A stretch of 64,000 nucleotides of DNA from a virus. Location: IMG/VR virus record IMGVR_UViG_3300045988_108377, positions 25,214 through 89,213 of that record; one strand, 5' to 3'. The first letter of the stretch is position 1. Each line of letters starts with the position of its first letter. Both the position numbers and the translations under genes were made by a program. The notes beneath the pieces are model-generated. The model had not been told where the DNA came from and made no database searches. It was given only the letters and a program-made list of their open reading frames with translations. Shown here one piece after another: positions 40,147 through 50,895 of this stretch.

Positions 40147-42870
40147 TTATAACTCTAATGCAACTATTGGTCTTATATTGTAACTATTAACTTTATATCC
40201 CAAAGTAGTATTACCAGTAAACACATATTCCCCAAAATTTAAAGCATGTGCTGATCTCTCTGAATATTCAGAAGAAGATAAATAATACGAATTAGCCATC
40301 TTGTGAAAAACATTATCCTTTACAGCTTGAGCAAAAATATTATTTTCTGCACCAACAGTGTACCCCTTTTTTACATACCATGCAATCCTTGCCAATTCTC
40401 CAATACTAAACAAAAACCAATGTCCCTCACCAAGACATTCTGCCAGCTTTGAACTCTTTGAAATTACTGGCACATACGCATTGCAATAGCTTGCGGCTGG
40501 ATAGTAGTACTGTGCATACTTTTTCTTATTATTATTTTTGGACATTATATATTGTATTCCATTAGTTATACTTTCAGCCAATGTGTATCTATCATCAGCA
40601 TTAGGAATCGGGCAGTTGACATTTGCATCTTGCAAGATGTAGTCACGGTGTGCAATAATCTTCAAGGTATTTAACTGACCTCTGGCGATACTATCACCAA
40701 TAGACAAACCTACATTTTTAATATAAGTTCCTAAAATGGTGTGCCCAACATTAGTATTCCACATATCAGAAGTAATTTCGTCAAATCCCAAGTCACTTAG
40801 GGTGTTTAATTCGGAATATTCCTTAAAACCGTCATTCTTGGTATTATACTCATCACGCATATTAGAATCTGTCAGTTGTATTGTTTTTTGGAAATTTTCT
40901 ATTGTGTGTATATCAAAAACGTTATATATTGAATTGTCTTCGAGAGTAATAGAAGAGAATCCTTGGTTATTTTCTACTTCATGATACAATCCCCAATTTG
41001 CATATATTGTAAAATAATCTGATAAAGATATAGCCAATGCGTGTTTTCTATCTGGACTGAGATAAAAGATAACGGCAACAGGAGAATTACTGCTGTCATT
41101 AAAATTAGTTCCATAAGTACCATCTGAAAAGACATAATCACCAAGGGCTGCATCTTTTTTGTAGAAATGAATTTCCTTGCTTGCTTCGAGAACAGTGTCA
41201 TCAATCAAAGTGACAATCACACCGATAGTAGCCTTGTCATCACTTTCCTTATCCCCTAATTTTGTCACCTTACACTTTCCTGTAGATTTATCAATAGAGG
41301 CGAACTTATTGTCACTTATAGACCAAACGATAGACCTGATGTTGTTTCCACCCGTAGGAACTGTATTTAACACATAATCATACGTTCCAATCTCATTAAA
41401 GTAGCTGCGTCCAGAAATGCTAATACGACTTAATACAGAAACTTTGTAACTAATGTATAGACTGTTTGACTTGTTGTCAATGTTTCCCCATGCAGACAAC
41501 ATAGCTTGCTTTTGTGTAGCAGTAATACTAACAGAATTGTCAATATTTATCTTTCCTTGCAATTTTGCCCCTTTATTTGCAAGATAAAGCAATAAGTCTA
41601 TATTACTTAATGACCAGTCAACATTTTTTATTGTCACATCACTCAACTTAGCCCCTGCATCATAGCAAGTCTTGCAGATGGAATAGCTGTCAAGGTTAGG
41701 GCAATCCTCAATGTGCAAGGTATCAATGTTTGAGTAGCCTGCCACTTGAAAACCACTAACTTCTAAGTTTGTATATCCAACAAGGTTGAGTTCCTTGATA
41801 GAATTAGGAAGCACCAGCTTTGTGAGCATATCAGTAGGAGGTGTCGTTACACCTGTAATAGGAGTATTGGTGAAGTCAATCTCCTCCAAGAGGTCAGAGG
41901 ATAAGATGATACTCTTTTTCAGATTCTTCACGTTCCTGACAATCACCTGTCTCAGCATACCCATGTTACTGAGGTCAAAACTCGTTCCTGTCTCCCTTGT
42001 GTTTGGATTGGATGCGGTATAGTTCATGACGAACTTTGTGAGCCTTTTTAATAAGCCCATATTGAGGTCGAACTTAAAGTCACCAAGACCTTCTAAGCCA
42101 TAGATGGTGTAATTTCCATTGCTCCCCTTGGCATAGGTTGATAACTCTGTGATAAGGTCTGCATCATCAATATCGAAGGTCGCATCCTGTGGGTTAGAGA
42201 ACTTGAATGGCATATAAGAATAAGTGCCTGGTTTGATATTACGATGATCATCAAAGTTGCCTACACCCCACTGTAGGGTACAATAGATGGCTTGGTAGTG
42301 CTTGATGGCAAAGCCCCTACCAACTTCATATAAACGCAAGCGAAGGTTATTACCAACAGACGATCCACAATGATACTTACTGTCAAGGTATCTCTGACGC
42401 TTGCCGTAGAAGTAGTCCATCACTTGCACCTTGTCACCATAAGCCTTTGTAAAGTTGTTGGTGTTAGCATAACCGAAGGCATCTGCGTTATATAGATTCT
42501 CACACCAATACTTCCAAAAATCCTTATACTTTGTGAGCATGTCTTGATAAGTAAGACCATTTCCTCTCATCTTGGCATACATCGCTTCCACCTCGTTAGG
42601 GAAACAATTTACAATATTATCCCACAAGGCAGACAGTCTGCCATTGAATACAGGAGAGAAACCTTCCGGACAATTAGGCTTGTATGAGTTCGTTGTTTCA
42701 TCATAGACCTCGCCAGCAATCTGTGCAGTCTCACCTGTTACCTGATTGTAACAGTCATTCCACTCATGGTAGTATTTGAATGATAACACACCAGAGTTAT
42801 TAAAAAGGGACTGGCTGTCTGTGTCCCTCAGAAATATATCAGCCTTAGCTTCTTTTACCGTCTTTGCCAT
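40147..42870 (-). CDS. Tail fibre / receptor-binding protein (Big_2-like + DUF1566-like C-terminus)
   Basis: 907 aa. Ig-like stretch YDYVLNTVPTGGNNIRSIVWSISDNKFASIDKSTGKCKVTKLG. C-terminal HWFLFSIGELARI...YLSSSEY...IRPIVAL resembles DUF1566. Confidence 0.7.
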   Translation of the reverse strand: MAKTVKEAKADIFLRDTDSQSLFNNSGVLSFKYYHEWNDCYNQVTGETAQIAGEVYDETTNSYKPNCPEGFSPVFNGRLSALWDNIVNCFPNEVEAMYAKMRGNGLTYQDMLTKYKDFWKYWCENLYNADAFGYANTNNFTKAYGDKVQVMDYFYGKRQRYLDSKYHCGSSVGNNLRLRLYEVGRGFAIKHYQAIYCTLQWGVGNFDDHRNIKPGTYSYMPFKFSNPQDATFDIDDADLITELSTYAKGSNGNYTIYGLEGLGDFKFDLNMGLLKRLTKFVMNYTASNPNTRETGTSFDLSNMGMLRQVIVRNVKNLKKSIILSSDLLEEIDFTNTPITGVTTPPTDMLTKLVLPNSIKELNLVGYTNLEVSGFQVAGYSNIDTLHIEDCPNLDSYSICKTCYDAGAKLSDVTIKNVDWSLSNIDLLLYLANKGAKLQGKINIDNSVSITATQKQAMLSAWGNIDNKSNSLYISYKVSVLSRISISGRSYFNEIGTYDYVLNTVPTGGNNIRSIVWSISDNKFASIDKSTGKCKVTKLGDKESDDKATIGVIVTLIDDTVLEASKEIHFYKKDAALGDYVFSDGTYGTNFNDSSNSPVAVIFYLSPDRKHALAISLSDYFTIYANWGLYHEVENNQGFSSITLEDNSIYNVFDIHTIENFQKTIQLTDSNMRDEYNTKNDGFKEYSELNTLSDLGFDEITSDMWNTNVGHTILGTYIKNVGLSIGDSIARGQLNTLKIIAHRDYILQDANVNCPIPNADDRYTLAESITNGIQYIMSKNNNKKKYAQYYYPAASYCNAYVPVISKSSKLAECLGEGHWFLFSIGELARIAWYVKKGYTVGAENNIFAQAVKDNVFHKMANSYYLSSSEYSERSAHALNFGEYVFTGNTTLGYKVNSYNIRPIVALEL

Positions 42871-42872
42871 AA

Positions 42873-45800
42873 TTATTCTTCATTCCAAGTTATTGAATCA
42901 AATGCTAAACTCATGTTTTTGTCCATGGAATCCATACCGATAATCCACTGACAGAAATTGAAATAAAATATCGCACTATCAAGTCTCAGGTATGTACTTG
43001 CCTCCATTGTAAACTTTGCACGTCTGTATGCAGGATTATCCTTCTTATAGGTAGTTCCATTATAGACTACTGGAGTTTCAAGTGTTGCATAATCACCATT
43101 CTCACGCTTGTATCTCTCGGCAAGGAGTACATTGGTGGAAACCACCCAGTTATGAAAACGCTTGATTACCGCAAGCTCCTGGTTGGCAGCATCTATGTTA
43201 TCCGTAGTTTTCTTTGCTACACCCAGTTTATTTGATTTATTGACAGGTGACTTCTTTGGTACTCTCGCATAGTAAAGTGGAATACCAGTCAGCACACTAC
43301 TCTGTAATGAATCACCATCAACGCTATAGTCTCCAGCCTCCTGATTGAACATATTGACATTCTCATCTATCTCCCATATCTGAGCCTTCATGTAGTCCTT
43401 TGCAGGGAAGCCAAGGAAAGACGCAGAATATTTGTTATTGATGAAATTATATATGCTGAGGAAGGTAGGCGCAGCAGTTCCACTTGTTGAGGTTCTTCGG
43501 AATCCTATCTCAGGGAATCCACTAAGTGACTTCCTGTATGTTACAGCCTTACCTAAATCTGCCTGTTCTTTCTGATAGGCAGTATAGAGCGATTCATTAC
43601 CTTTAGCACAAGCAAGAAGTATCTGCTGGTACATATTCATGGCATGAATATTGAAGATACCTTCGGATGAAGCAAAGTTTACCTTGTGTACCATTTCCTT
43701 CTCACCAGTCTCTACACCAATAGTAATGGAGTAAAGTGTATGGTTCTCTGTCTCACCAACCAATCCTACAGTAATATTAACAGAATCGCCATTGCCCGTT
43801 TCAAATATCTCAGCAAAATTCTTGTATGGCAGGGGGTAACCATTTGACGATGTACCATCGGCATTGAACATGTGCGCGCCTACGGTGAAAGGAGCTTGTG
43901 CCCATCCATCAGTAGCCTTATTCCAAAGTGGATTTTCAAAGGTCGTACCATTGATAGGAACATCATCATTGTTCTTGTTGTAAGGCAAGTTGTCGATATT
44001 CCATACGATGATAGGGGATTGAGGTAACGCCTTTTTCACCTTCTCATAGGATATAATCTCATCAGGGTTATGAATGTTGCCACTGCTGTTGAGAATATCG
44101 TTGCGCTTGGCGAGGTTAATCTTTCCATAGTGTTCAAAGATTCCGTTGCTATCATACACATCATTAACATCTGGTGTGTCGTAAGCAAAATTATCCAATG
44201 CTTGATAAGGGTTGATGGATTTCTCATATCCTCTTATAGAATAGAGGATGACCTGTGCCATATCCGAACCTATGACTATATCCTTTGGAGTTCCCTGCTT
44301 CCAGTTTGCGTTAGAATAATCGAACATTCTTACACATACACCATTAAGACACAGATAAGCCAAGTTCACGTCCTTCTCTGTTGCATCACCACCACCAAGA
44401 TTGTTGACAGTATGAGTAGTAGTTCCATCAATAGACAAAGAGAATTTCATTCGCTTAGTCTCAGGATAGTAAGTCATTACACTATCCGTAGAACATTTTA
44501 CCTCAATTCTATTTGCGTATATGCGGAAACCTGTTGTATCATCCATGCAATCTACGATAACTGCATTCTCATCAGAACAGATACCTGTCTCGAACTCAAT
44601 CTCGATGGTTCTTCCCTTTTTGTTTCCACTTACACCGAAGTTCTCTGCAAATGGGTGCCAGTCTTTCAGTGTAACATGCTTTCCTGCTCCGATGGTCATA
44701 CCCTTTCCGTCCAGGAAGCCATTATAGGCATTCAGCTTAAAGTTGGCAGAACGCTCCAAATAGGAAGTTCTTACTCCTTCATAATAACTCTCCAAGTTCT
44801 CAATACCCTTATCGGAGTTTGTCTTACCCTTCATAGAGTAATAGACCTTGCATTCGCTGACTGGCTGCAAGGTAACTCCTGCACCCTTGATTATTACATC
44901 GTGGGTAGCACTCACCTCACCAATGGATATTACTATGCTAATCTTTGGAGCATAGTCATTTAAATCCAATGGCACCGTCGCTTTTAAGGGGGTCTCTCCT
45001 GATGTATGATTATCATCTACGGTGCATAACTGGTCTGTCAGAACAACCTCCTCTGTATTGTTATTATACAATACCTTAATTTCTATTGCAACCTGTGAGC
45101 CAATCTCATTGTCAGGAAGGTAGAAATAATAAGGTACTTGGATTGTTGAATACTGGGTAGCAGATACAGGAGCATCTTTTCCTATGGCAATAGCAGAGAT
45201 ATTACCCTTCTTGATATAGGAAGTTCGTATCTTTTCTGTTGTAATACCATACTCTGAATTGACTGCCCATACTTCAATTTCATGCTTGCCAGCAATATAA
45301 GTACCTTTTGAATCAATGATAAACTCACCAGATGAGTTGTTGATTGTCTTTGTCATGGTTTCACTACCATCACCATTACTTACCTTACAATAGACTGTGG
45401 CATTCGCACCTTGGCAATTCACACGCAAAGCCCACTTTCCGTCTCTTACGGAAGTCTCTACATAACTGGCATCAAAAGAGAGGTTGATTGATACCGTTCT
45501 GATACTGAAAGAGAAAGTTCTGCTTTGACCATGCGTATTAGCCACAGTAATCTTTACAGTATTCGTTTCTGACACAAGATAGTTGGTCAGGTCAATATCA
45601 TAATTATTACCAGTTGCCGTACCAGAGGCTTCAAGCGTCTGTTTCAATTCCGGAATATCAACACCATTTACTGATACCACAAGAGTTCCACTGGTCTCAT
45701 CCTTTTCGCTTGGTTCTCCGTAATAGCTATTGTAATTGATGGTCACAACACACTCTGTCCCCTTTACGATAACATCATTAGGTCTCTTTGTTATAGAAGT

Positions 45801-46100
45801 TCTCAGAATATACTGGAGTTCAGCCTTTGCCGTAACAAAGTCATACGACTGTTTTACGTTATTGGCATAAGTCTCCTTATCTTTATACCACTGTCGATAA
45901 CTGTCCTCATCTGAGAAGAACCTCCAATAGATGTGCGAGTTGTTTCCCTCCGGCACTACCTCTTGGTCAATGTAACCGAACTTCCCATCTTTTAAGGAAA
46001 TCAAGTTGTCCTTGATGAGCTTCTGTACCCATTTACCCAAGTAACCTCCCCAATCGGTCTTGAGGTCAGTTATTTCCTTGTCTATTTTTTCTGTGGCCAT
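42873..46100 (-). CDS. Large virion/tail-associated protein (1075 aa)
   Basis: Longest ORF in the window, 2 nt from the fibre gene. Function inferred from size and position only. Confidence 0.65.
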   Translation of the reverse strand: MATEKIDKEITDLKTDWGGYLGKWVQKLIKDNLISLKDGKFGYIDQEVVPEGNNSHIYWRFFSDEDSYRQWYKDKETYANNVKQSYDFVTAKAELQYILRTSITKRPNDVIVKGTECVVTINYNSYYGEPSEKDETSGTLVVSVNGVDIPELKQTLEASGTATGNNYDIDLTNYLVSETNTVKITVANTHGQSRTFSFSIRTVSINLSFDASYVETSVRDGKWALRVNCQGANATVYCKVSNGDGSETMTKTINNSSGEFIIDSKGTYIAGKHEIEVWAVNSEYGITTEKIRTSYIKKGNISAIAIGKDAPVSATQYSTIQVPYYFYLPDNEIGSQVAIEIKVLYNNNTEEVVLTDQLCTVDDNHTSGETPLKATVPLDLNDYAPKISIVISIGEVSATHDVIIKGAGVTLQPVSECKVYYSMKGKTNSDKGIENLESYYEGVRTSYLERSANFKLNAYNGFLDGKGMTIGAGKHVTLKDWHPFAENFGVSGNKKGRTIEIEFETGICSDENAVIVDCMDDTTGFRIYANRIEVKCSTDSVMTYYPETKRMKFSLSIDGTTTHTVNNLGGGDATEKDVNLAYLCLNGVCVRMFDYSNANWKQGTPKDIVIGSDMAQVILYSIRGYEKSINPYQALDNFAYDTPDVNDVYDSNGIFEHYGKINLAKRNDILNSSGNIHNPDEIISYEKVKKALPQSPIIVWNIDNLPYNKNNDDVPINGTTFENPLWNKATDGWAQAPFTVGAHMFNADGTSSNGYPLPYKNFAEIFETGNGDSVNITVGLVGETENHTLYSITIGVETGEKEMVHKVNFASSEGIFNIHAMNMYQQILLACAKGNESLYTAYQKEQADLGKAVTYRKSLSGFPEIGFRRTSTSGTAAPTFLSIYNFINNKYSASFLGFPAKDYMKAQIWEIDENVNMFNQEAGDYSVDGDSLQSSVLTGIPLYYARVPKKSPVNKSNKLGVAKKTTDNIDAANQELAVIKRFHNWVVSTNVLLAERYKRENGDYATLETPVVYNGTTYKKDNPAYRRAKFTMEASTYLRLDSAIFYFNFCQWIIGMDSMDKNMSLAFDSITWNEE

Positions 46101-46107
46101 ATCTTAA

Positions 46108-46278
46108 TTAATTTTTCCAAGTTTCATCATTAATCCAAGGTTTCTCATTTACCCACCATCCACTGCCGAAACAGCTTCTGATAGCTTGCCAAATAAGTAC
46201 ACTTCCCTTATACACTGCCGAAATCACATTACTTCCTAACCTGATAGCAGAGATGTCTTTAGTTCCTAACTTTATCAT
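46108..46278 (-). CDS. Small fibre-module protein (56 aa)
   Basis: Own translation MIKLGTKDISAIRLGSNVISAVYKGSVLIWQAIRSCFGSGWWVNEKPWINDETWKN. The IKLG...I..LG...I..VY..G repeat is typical of fibre N-termini. Confidence 0.5.
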   Translation of the reverse strand: MIKLGTKDISAIRLGSNVISAVYKGSVLIWQAIRSCFGSGWWVNEKPWINDETWKN

Positions 46279-46281
46279 AGG

Positions 46282-46848
46282 CTATTCCTCCGTAAGCATA
46301 TAGTAGGTATCGGCTTCCTTTGTTTCCAAAGCCTCATATGCAGTCTCTGTCATGGTAACCAATTTTGGAACGGATGACGCTATGTTGTCTACACTCTTCT
46401 TTAATGTGTCTATACGACTTACCGCATTAGCCAAGTCATGCTTATTGGTGTTGGCGATTTCTGTTGTACTGCTTAATGCAGAATTTAGTTTGATTAAAAT
46501 CGAAGAGAGATTATCAGAGTCCTTTAGTCCGTCCAAGAACTTGATAATTTCATTGTAATTATCTATAGCTACACTAGTATCACTACTGACAAGGGTTTCA
46601 AAGGATTTTTTCAGTGTATCAACGGCACTTTGTGCTTGTTCTGCTTTTGATTTGGCTGTGTCTGCAGTGCTTTTGACGGTTTGAAGTACTTCATTGTCTC
46701 CTTTATCTCCTATACTGGATTCGTGTTGCTGTAATATCTGTGCTATATTCTCAAAAAGACCACCAACACGTTCTGCGGTATTTTCTCCTGCCACTGTAGC
46801 ATTCTTAACCAAAGATGCTATGTCTTTTATTTCTTGTATTGTTGCCAT
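46282..46848 (-). CDS. Coiled-coil structural protein
   Basis: 188 aa, Ala/Ser/Thr-rich heptad-like sequence. Confidence 0.6.
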   Translation of the reverse strand: MATIQEIKDIASLVKNATVAGENTAERVGGLFENIAQILQQHESSIGDKGDNEVLQTVKSTADTAKSKAEQAQSAVDTLKKSFETLVSSDTSVAIDNYNEIIKFLDGLKDSDNLSSILIKLNSALSSTTEIANTNKHDLANAVSRIDTLKKSVDNIASSVPKLVTMTETAYEALETKEADTYYMLTEE

Positions 46849-46860
46849 AAGCTGTTTAGA

Positions 46861-47403
46861 TTAACCGATTTTTCGTATTGTACATCCTCCTATGTTTACC
46901 TTACTCTTCCCCTGCTCCTTTATGAGTCCGCATACCTTACAGAATACCACACATTCGTCTAAGTAGCTTTTGGCAATTTCGATAATGCCATTATATAGTG
47001 TTGACCGTGACTTGTCGGACACATGGTTGGAATATTCGTTTTCTTTGATGTTCATTCCAAACCTTGTGCTTTCAATATCCCCACTCATAACATTCTTTGC
47101 ATAAACATAATAGGAGAGCGCTTCACGTAAACCCATGAACAAATGCACATCATCATCTTTACTTTTACCATAGTCTTTGCTGTTATATTTTCCACCTTCA
47201 AGTAAAAGTAAAATATCCCTATCCTTAATCTCTTCTTTTTCTATCTCGGAAAGTAGGCGTAAATAGAGAGAATCGCCAATAATCGGTTTAACATGAAGTT
47301 GTTCCGCTTCTGTGATGAAAGCTTCCAACTTCGTGCTATCAACCATTTTACCTATTGGCCTTCCCAACTTTCTTAGTTGCTCGACAGATAAAATATGTGT
47401 CAT
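46861..47403 (-). CDS. Hypothetical structural protein (adaptor position)
   Basis: 180 aa; ATGA overlap with the putative portal. Confidence 0.6.
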   Translation of the reverse strand: MTHILSVEQLRKLGRPIGKMVDSTKLEAFITEAEQLHVKPIIGDSLYLRLLSEIEKEEIKDRDILLLLEGGKYNSKDYGKSKDDDVHLFMGLREALSYYVYAKNVMSGDIESTRFGMNIKENEYSNHVSDKSRSTLYNGIIEIAKSYLDECVVFCKVCGLIKEQGKSKVNIGGCTIRKIG

Positions 47404-48578
47404 ACCTTACTATTGTTTGTACTGATAAAACTTAATGGCTGTATCTCGTAGTCATCGCTGGAATTTGCATTGAAACACCAATTGTCAAATATACGTTTTA
47501 GTTCTCGGCTGATAGCCCTTCGCTCCTTGCTGACGTATGAGTTATAATAAGAATAAGCATCTGTAAGAATATCGCCAGAAAATCCAACAGAGCCTTCCAA
47601 AATTCTATACCATGGCTCCTGGGCGAAGGCTATGTAAATTTTCTTCATAGAGCTACCTTCTGTAGACTCAAACTTCTTGTCGAAATTATTTCCTTCTAAC
47701 GAGACAAACTTAGGTATATCTTCTTCATTTTCCACGGTAACGTCCATTAAAGCACAAGCGTTCTCGTCACCTTGAAATATTCGGAGGCTGTCACTGACAG
47801 CATTTTCTTCGTCCTCATTCTCGATAGCTTGTCCTGTTTCCGGGTCTACTCCCACACTTTGCCCTTTTTTATGCACGACCATTCCTGCAACTAGAAAGTT
47901 GTTTCTTACATTTCTGTATTTGACGTTATCCAAGCCTTCATCAATGGATAGGTTCGTAACAACTTTATCATAGATAGGCACAGGATAAACAAACTTACCA
48001 TCCATGGAAAACCACAAGATTTGTCCTCTGTAGTTTTCTATTCCTCCCGACTTAACGATTTGTGCGAGAACTACTTCCTTACGTGGATTGAAGCAATAGA
48101 TTTTTTTTATATTCTTCTTATCTACTCGGATTGCATTACCTTTTCTCGTTTTCTTTCCCGTCCAATCGGGGTGGACATTGATATAAACGACTTTACCGTC
48201 TGCACTTTCCTCTTCTAATCTGCATTGCTGAAACGGAACATGGCTGACTTCTACGATTTCGCACATCATGTTATAATTGACATGTAGTGCAAATCCGTGA
48301 TACAAAGCCATGTCTTGTGCGATAAGTCTATAAAGGTCGTCCACTGTATCACCTCGTCTATTGCAAATAAATTCGGAAAATTCAGTGTTTCTAAGTCCAT
48401 CACCTTCTATGAATGTCTCGTAACGGTCAAGACACGCTCCACCCACACTGGAGTTTCTGATAAGGTCAAACAAACGTTGTGGATAAAGGTTATCTTTTCC
48501 GTATGCTTGAATATTCAAGTAACTCCAATATGGGTCTATATATCTTGGTTGTGGTCTCTTTACGTTATTAATATTCAT
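47400..48578 (-). CDS. Putative portal protein
   Basis: 392 aa. Call rests on position and a loose resemblance to the portal family (LYRLIAQDMALYHGFALHVNY...). Not verified. Confidence 0.45.
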   Translation of the reverse strand: MNINNVKRPQPRYIDPYWSYLNIQAYGKDNLYPQRLFDLIRNSSVGGACLDRYETFIEGDGLRNTEFSEFICNRRGDTVDDLYRLIAQDMALYHGFALHVNYNMMCEIVEVSHVPFQQCRLEEESADGKVVYINVHPDWTGKKTRKGNAIRVDKKNIKKIYCFNPRKEVVLAQIVKSGGIENYRGQILWFSMDGKFVYPVPIYDKVVTNLSIDEGLDNVKYRNVRNNFLVAGMVVHKKGQSVGVDPETGQAIENEDEENAVSDSLRIFQGDENACALMDVTVENEEDIPKFVSLEGNNFDKKFESTEGSSMKKIYIAFAQEPWYRILEGSVGFSGDILTDAYSYYNSYVSKERRAISRELKRIFDNWCFNANSSDDYEIQPLSFISTNNSKV

Positions 48579-48597
48579 AAGGCGGTGGACTTATAAT

Positions 48598-49149
48598 TTA
48601 CTTACTTAATGGTCTGCCTCTTCTTAATGTTGGCTTGTCTTCCTCGTCAGATGGTGTTTCAATCTTCTCTGTTGCAGATGGTGTTTCTTTTGCTGCAGCT
48701 TTCTTAACCTCCTCAAGATCGATAGGTTCGTCATCTGGAGCGATACCAAGCTCTACTTTTTTCTTGTTTGCTATTGCCTCCCAATCAGAAGGTGTGCGTT
48801 CGAAAAGGTCTATATCGTTAGGATATTGAGCAAGATGTTTCTCAGCTACTTCATCGGGAATGTTGCTGAGCGTATAAAAGTTTGAACTTCCGAAGCCATC
48901 ACTAAGAACGACTCCGGCTTTCAATACGTAATTCGGTGTTGTTGGCATAGTTCCTAATCTTTTAAGTGTTGTTACTATTTCTATGTATGCGTCTCTGTAA
49001 CAATCAGAGCAGCCACTCCTACGGATAGGCTTTCCACATATTCTATTATATAAACTTTCAATAGCACCCCTCTCAGAAGATGAAAAGCCATCATCGTAAT
49101 GAGGTCTCATCTCCTCGAGGAGTGCCATCGTATTATCATATTCTATCAT
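48598..49149 (-). CDS. Hypothetical structural-module protein
   Basis: 183 aa with an acidic/Pro-rich C-terminus. Confidence 0.6.
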   Translation of the reverse strand: MIEYDNTMALLEEMRPHYDDGFSSSERGAIESLYNRICGKPIRRSGCSDCYRDAYIEIVTTLKRLGTMPTTPNYVLKAGVVLSDGFGSSNFYTLSNIPDEVAEKHLAQYPNDIDLFERTPSDWEAIANKKKVELGIAPDDEPIDLEEVKKAAAKETPSATEKIETPSDEEDKPTLRRGRPLSK

Positions 49150-49168
49150 AAGTTATATAGGCTAATAA

Positions 49169-49777
49169 TTATGATTCGAGCGTATTTCCTATAAGCAAAG
49201 ACTCTAATAGCGTTCTTGTTGCCTTTATACTCTCATTGAAGAGGAAAATACCTGCAGAAGGAGCGTTTTCCTCTACCATTGTGACAGCCCAACCTCCATC
49301 GGTGTCCTCGGAATACTTCTCGTTCGTGATTTCTGAAGCTGTCAAGCCTTGCTCCAAACCATAAATCTCAAAAGTATTCTTTTTGTCTGCACCTTGGTAG
49401 ACATTCTCCATAACAAAGACATATCGACCATTTGCTAAGTTGTTGATAATGTTCTTTACCACATCTGGGCCTGAGTCCAAAACAACAATAGATGCTGTCT
49501 TTGTGAATTTGTTAGCATAAGTACCCGTGGCCATCTCTGCCTTGGTGCCAGTATAAGGTGTCTTGCCAGGCACGTAAGCCGAGTAAGCCTTGGCACCTTT
49601 CTGCAAGGTGAGAGCTTTGACGATAAGATTATTTGACTCGTCCCTTTGGATCGAGTCAAAATCTATATCATCAAAGTTCATGATGTATGCTCTGTTTCTC
49701 AAGCCTTGCACCTGTGGATTGTCGCATGATGCTCCAATGTTCTGTGCTAATTTGTAATCACAAGCTTCTGTTGGCAT
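49169..49777 (-). CDS. Hypothetical structural protein
   Basis: 202 aa, directly after the capsid gene. Confidence 0.6.
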   Translation of the reverse strand: MPTEACDYKLAQNIGASCDNPQVQGLRNRAYIMNFDDIDFDSIQRDESNNLIVKALTLQKGAKAYSAYVPGKTPYTGTKAEMATGTYANKFTKTASIVVLDSGPDVVKNIINNLANGRYVFVMENVYQGADKKNTFEIYGLEQGLTASEITNEKYSEDTDGGWAVTMVEENAPSAGIFLFNESIKATRTLLESLLIGNTLES

Positions 49778-49792
49778 ATACTACCTCCTTTC

Positions 49793-50860
49793 TTAAAGTG
49801 CGATCTGAACGAGCTCATCCTCACCTATGAGGGTGTCAATATCACCGCCAACGTAGATTGAGTTCTTTCGTGTCTTATGGTCGAAAGTGATGTCAAGCTG
49901 ACCGAACAAGTCCGTGTCTGATGTACCGACGAGCAGGTTGTCTGGATTGCAAAGCACTGCACGGTGTGGCAAATTGTACTTGGTTCCATCATCCTCGTAC
50001 TTCTTAATCATTCGGTCCCAAATGTCAAGAGCGAATATCTTAACGCCATCATACTGAGATACCAAGATACCATCCATCAATTTATCCGTAGTAAGCTGAT
50101 ACTTAGTGCGACGATACACATCCGCACGAAGAGCTTTGAAGAGGGAATTTGTCATAAGGATGGCATGGTCCTTATCAAAGATACGACCGTCTGCGTCTGT
50201 CAGCAATGTGTCGATGATGTTAATAGCTACGCCCTCATCACGAATCTTGCTTTTCTGTTCTGCGTATGTCGCTTCTTCGTTTGCAGCAATAGCAGTCTTT
50301 TGAGCTGCGCTGGATGCAATGATAGCCTTCAGGCGCTTCCAAAGGCCATCGCAAGGCTTGAACAATTTTGGTTCAACACCAGCTTTGAGCACACCTGATT
50401 CGGTTGCCAACTTCGCGTCAGTATCACCAAACCATGTGAATCGCCAGAACATGTCTGTGATAGCCTTCTGCAAGAGAGGAATGAGGAACTTATCCCAATA
50501 AGGGGTGTCCTGCAAGTCTCCACGCATAGTACCTGGCTTCATGCCATACTTGGCGAGGGTGTTTGTCAACTCCTTGTAGCAGAACTCCTTAGGAATCTCC
50601 CATTCACCGAGTTTCCACGCCTTCTCATAGCCATGGATTTTAACGTTGGAGTAGGTTGGGTCGCAACCACCACCTGCCTCGCCTACGTCATCGATGGAAT
50701 CAATCCAACCGAGTTTCTTGCCGTTCTCGGCTGACTTGACAATTCTAACTACCTCTTCCAAGTTAGGGTCGTTGAAAGTGGAGGTGAAGAGCAATTCGTT
50801 AAGGTCACGAATCGCTCCATTGTCAACTGTAAAATTATTGAAATCAATTAACTGTGCCAT
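49793..50860 (-). CDS. Major capsid protein
   Basis: 355 aa, immediately downstream of the protease-scaffold gene. Size and composition are typical of an HK97-fold MCP. Confidence 0.7.
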   Translation of the reverse strand: MAQLIDFNNFTVDNGAIRDLNELLFTSTFNDPNLEEVVRIVKSAENGKKLGWIDSIDDVGEAGGGCDPTYSNVKIHGYEKAWKLGEWEIPKEFCYKELTNTLAKYGMKPGTMRGDLQDTPYWDKFLIPLLQKAITDMFWRFTWFGDTDAKLATESGVLKAGVEPKLFKPCDGLWKRLKAIIASSAAQKTAIAANEEATYAEQKSKIRDEGVAINIIDTLLTDADGRIFDKDHAILMTNSLFKALRADVYRRTKYQLTTDKLMDGILVSQYDGVKIFALDIWDRMIKKYEDDGTKYNLPHRAVLCNPDNLLVGTSDTDLFGQLDITFDHKTRKNSIYVGGDIDTLIGEDELVQIAL

Positions 50861-50895
50861 AAATCTTTCTTACGTTTTATTAATTCAACAATAAG

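Noticed and set aside
44070-44963. Long plus-strand ORFs inside minus-strand genes: 44070-44963 (297 aa), 50992-51624 (210 aa), 16187-16744 (185 aa), 62609-63154 (181 aa), 11326-11775 (149 aa) and many shorter ones.
   Set aside because: All lie antisense to longer minus-strand ORFs with recognisable domains or operon packing. Their sequences are low-complexity (Ser/Leu/Phe/Cys-rich), and they lack promoter context. They are treated as shadow ORFs.
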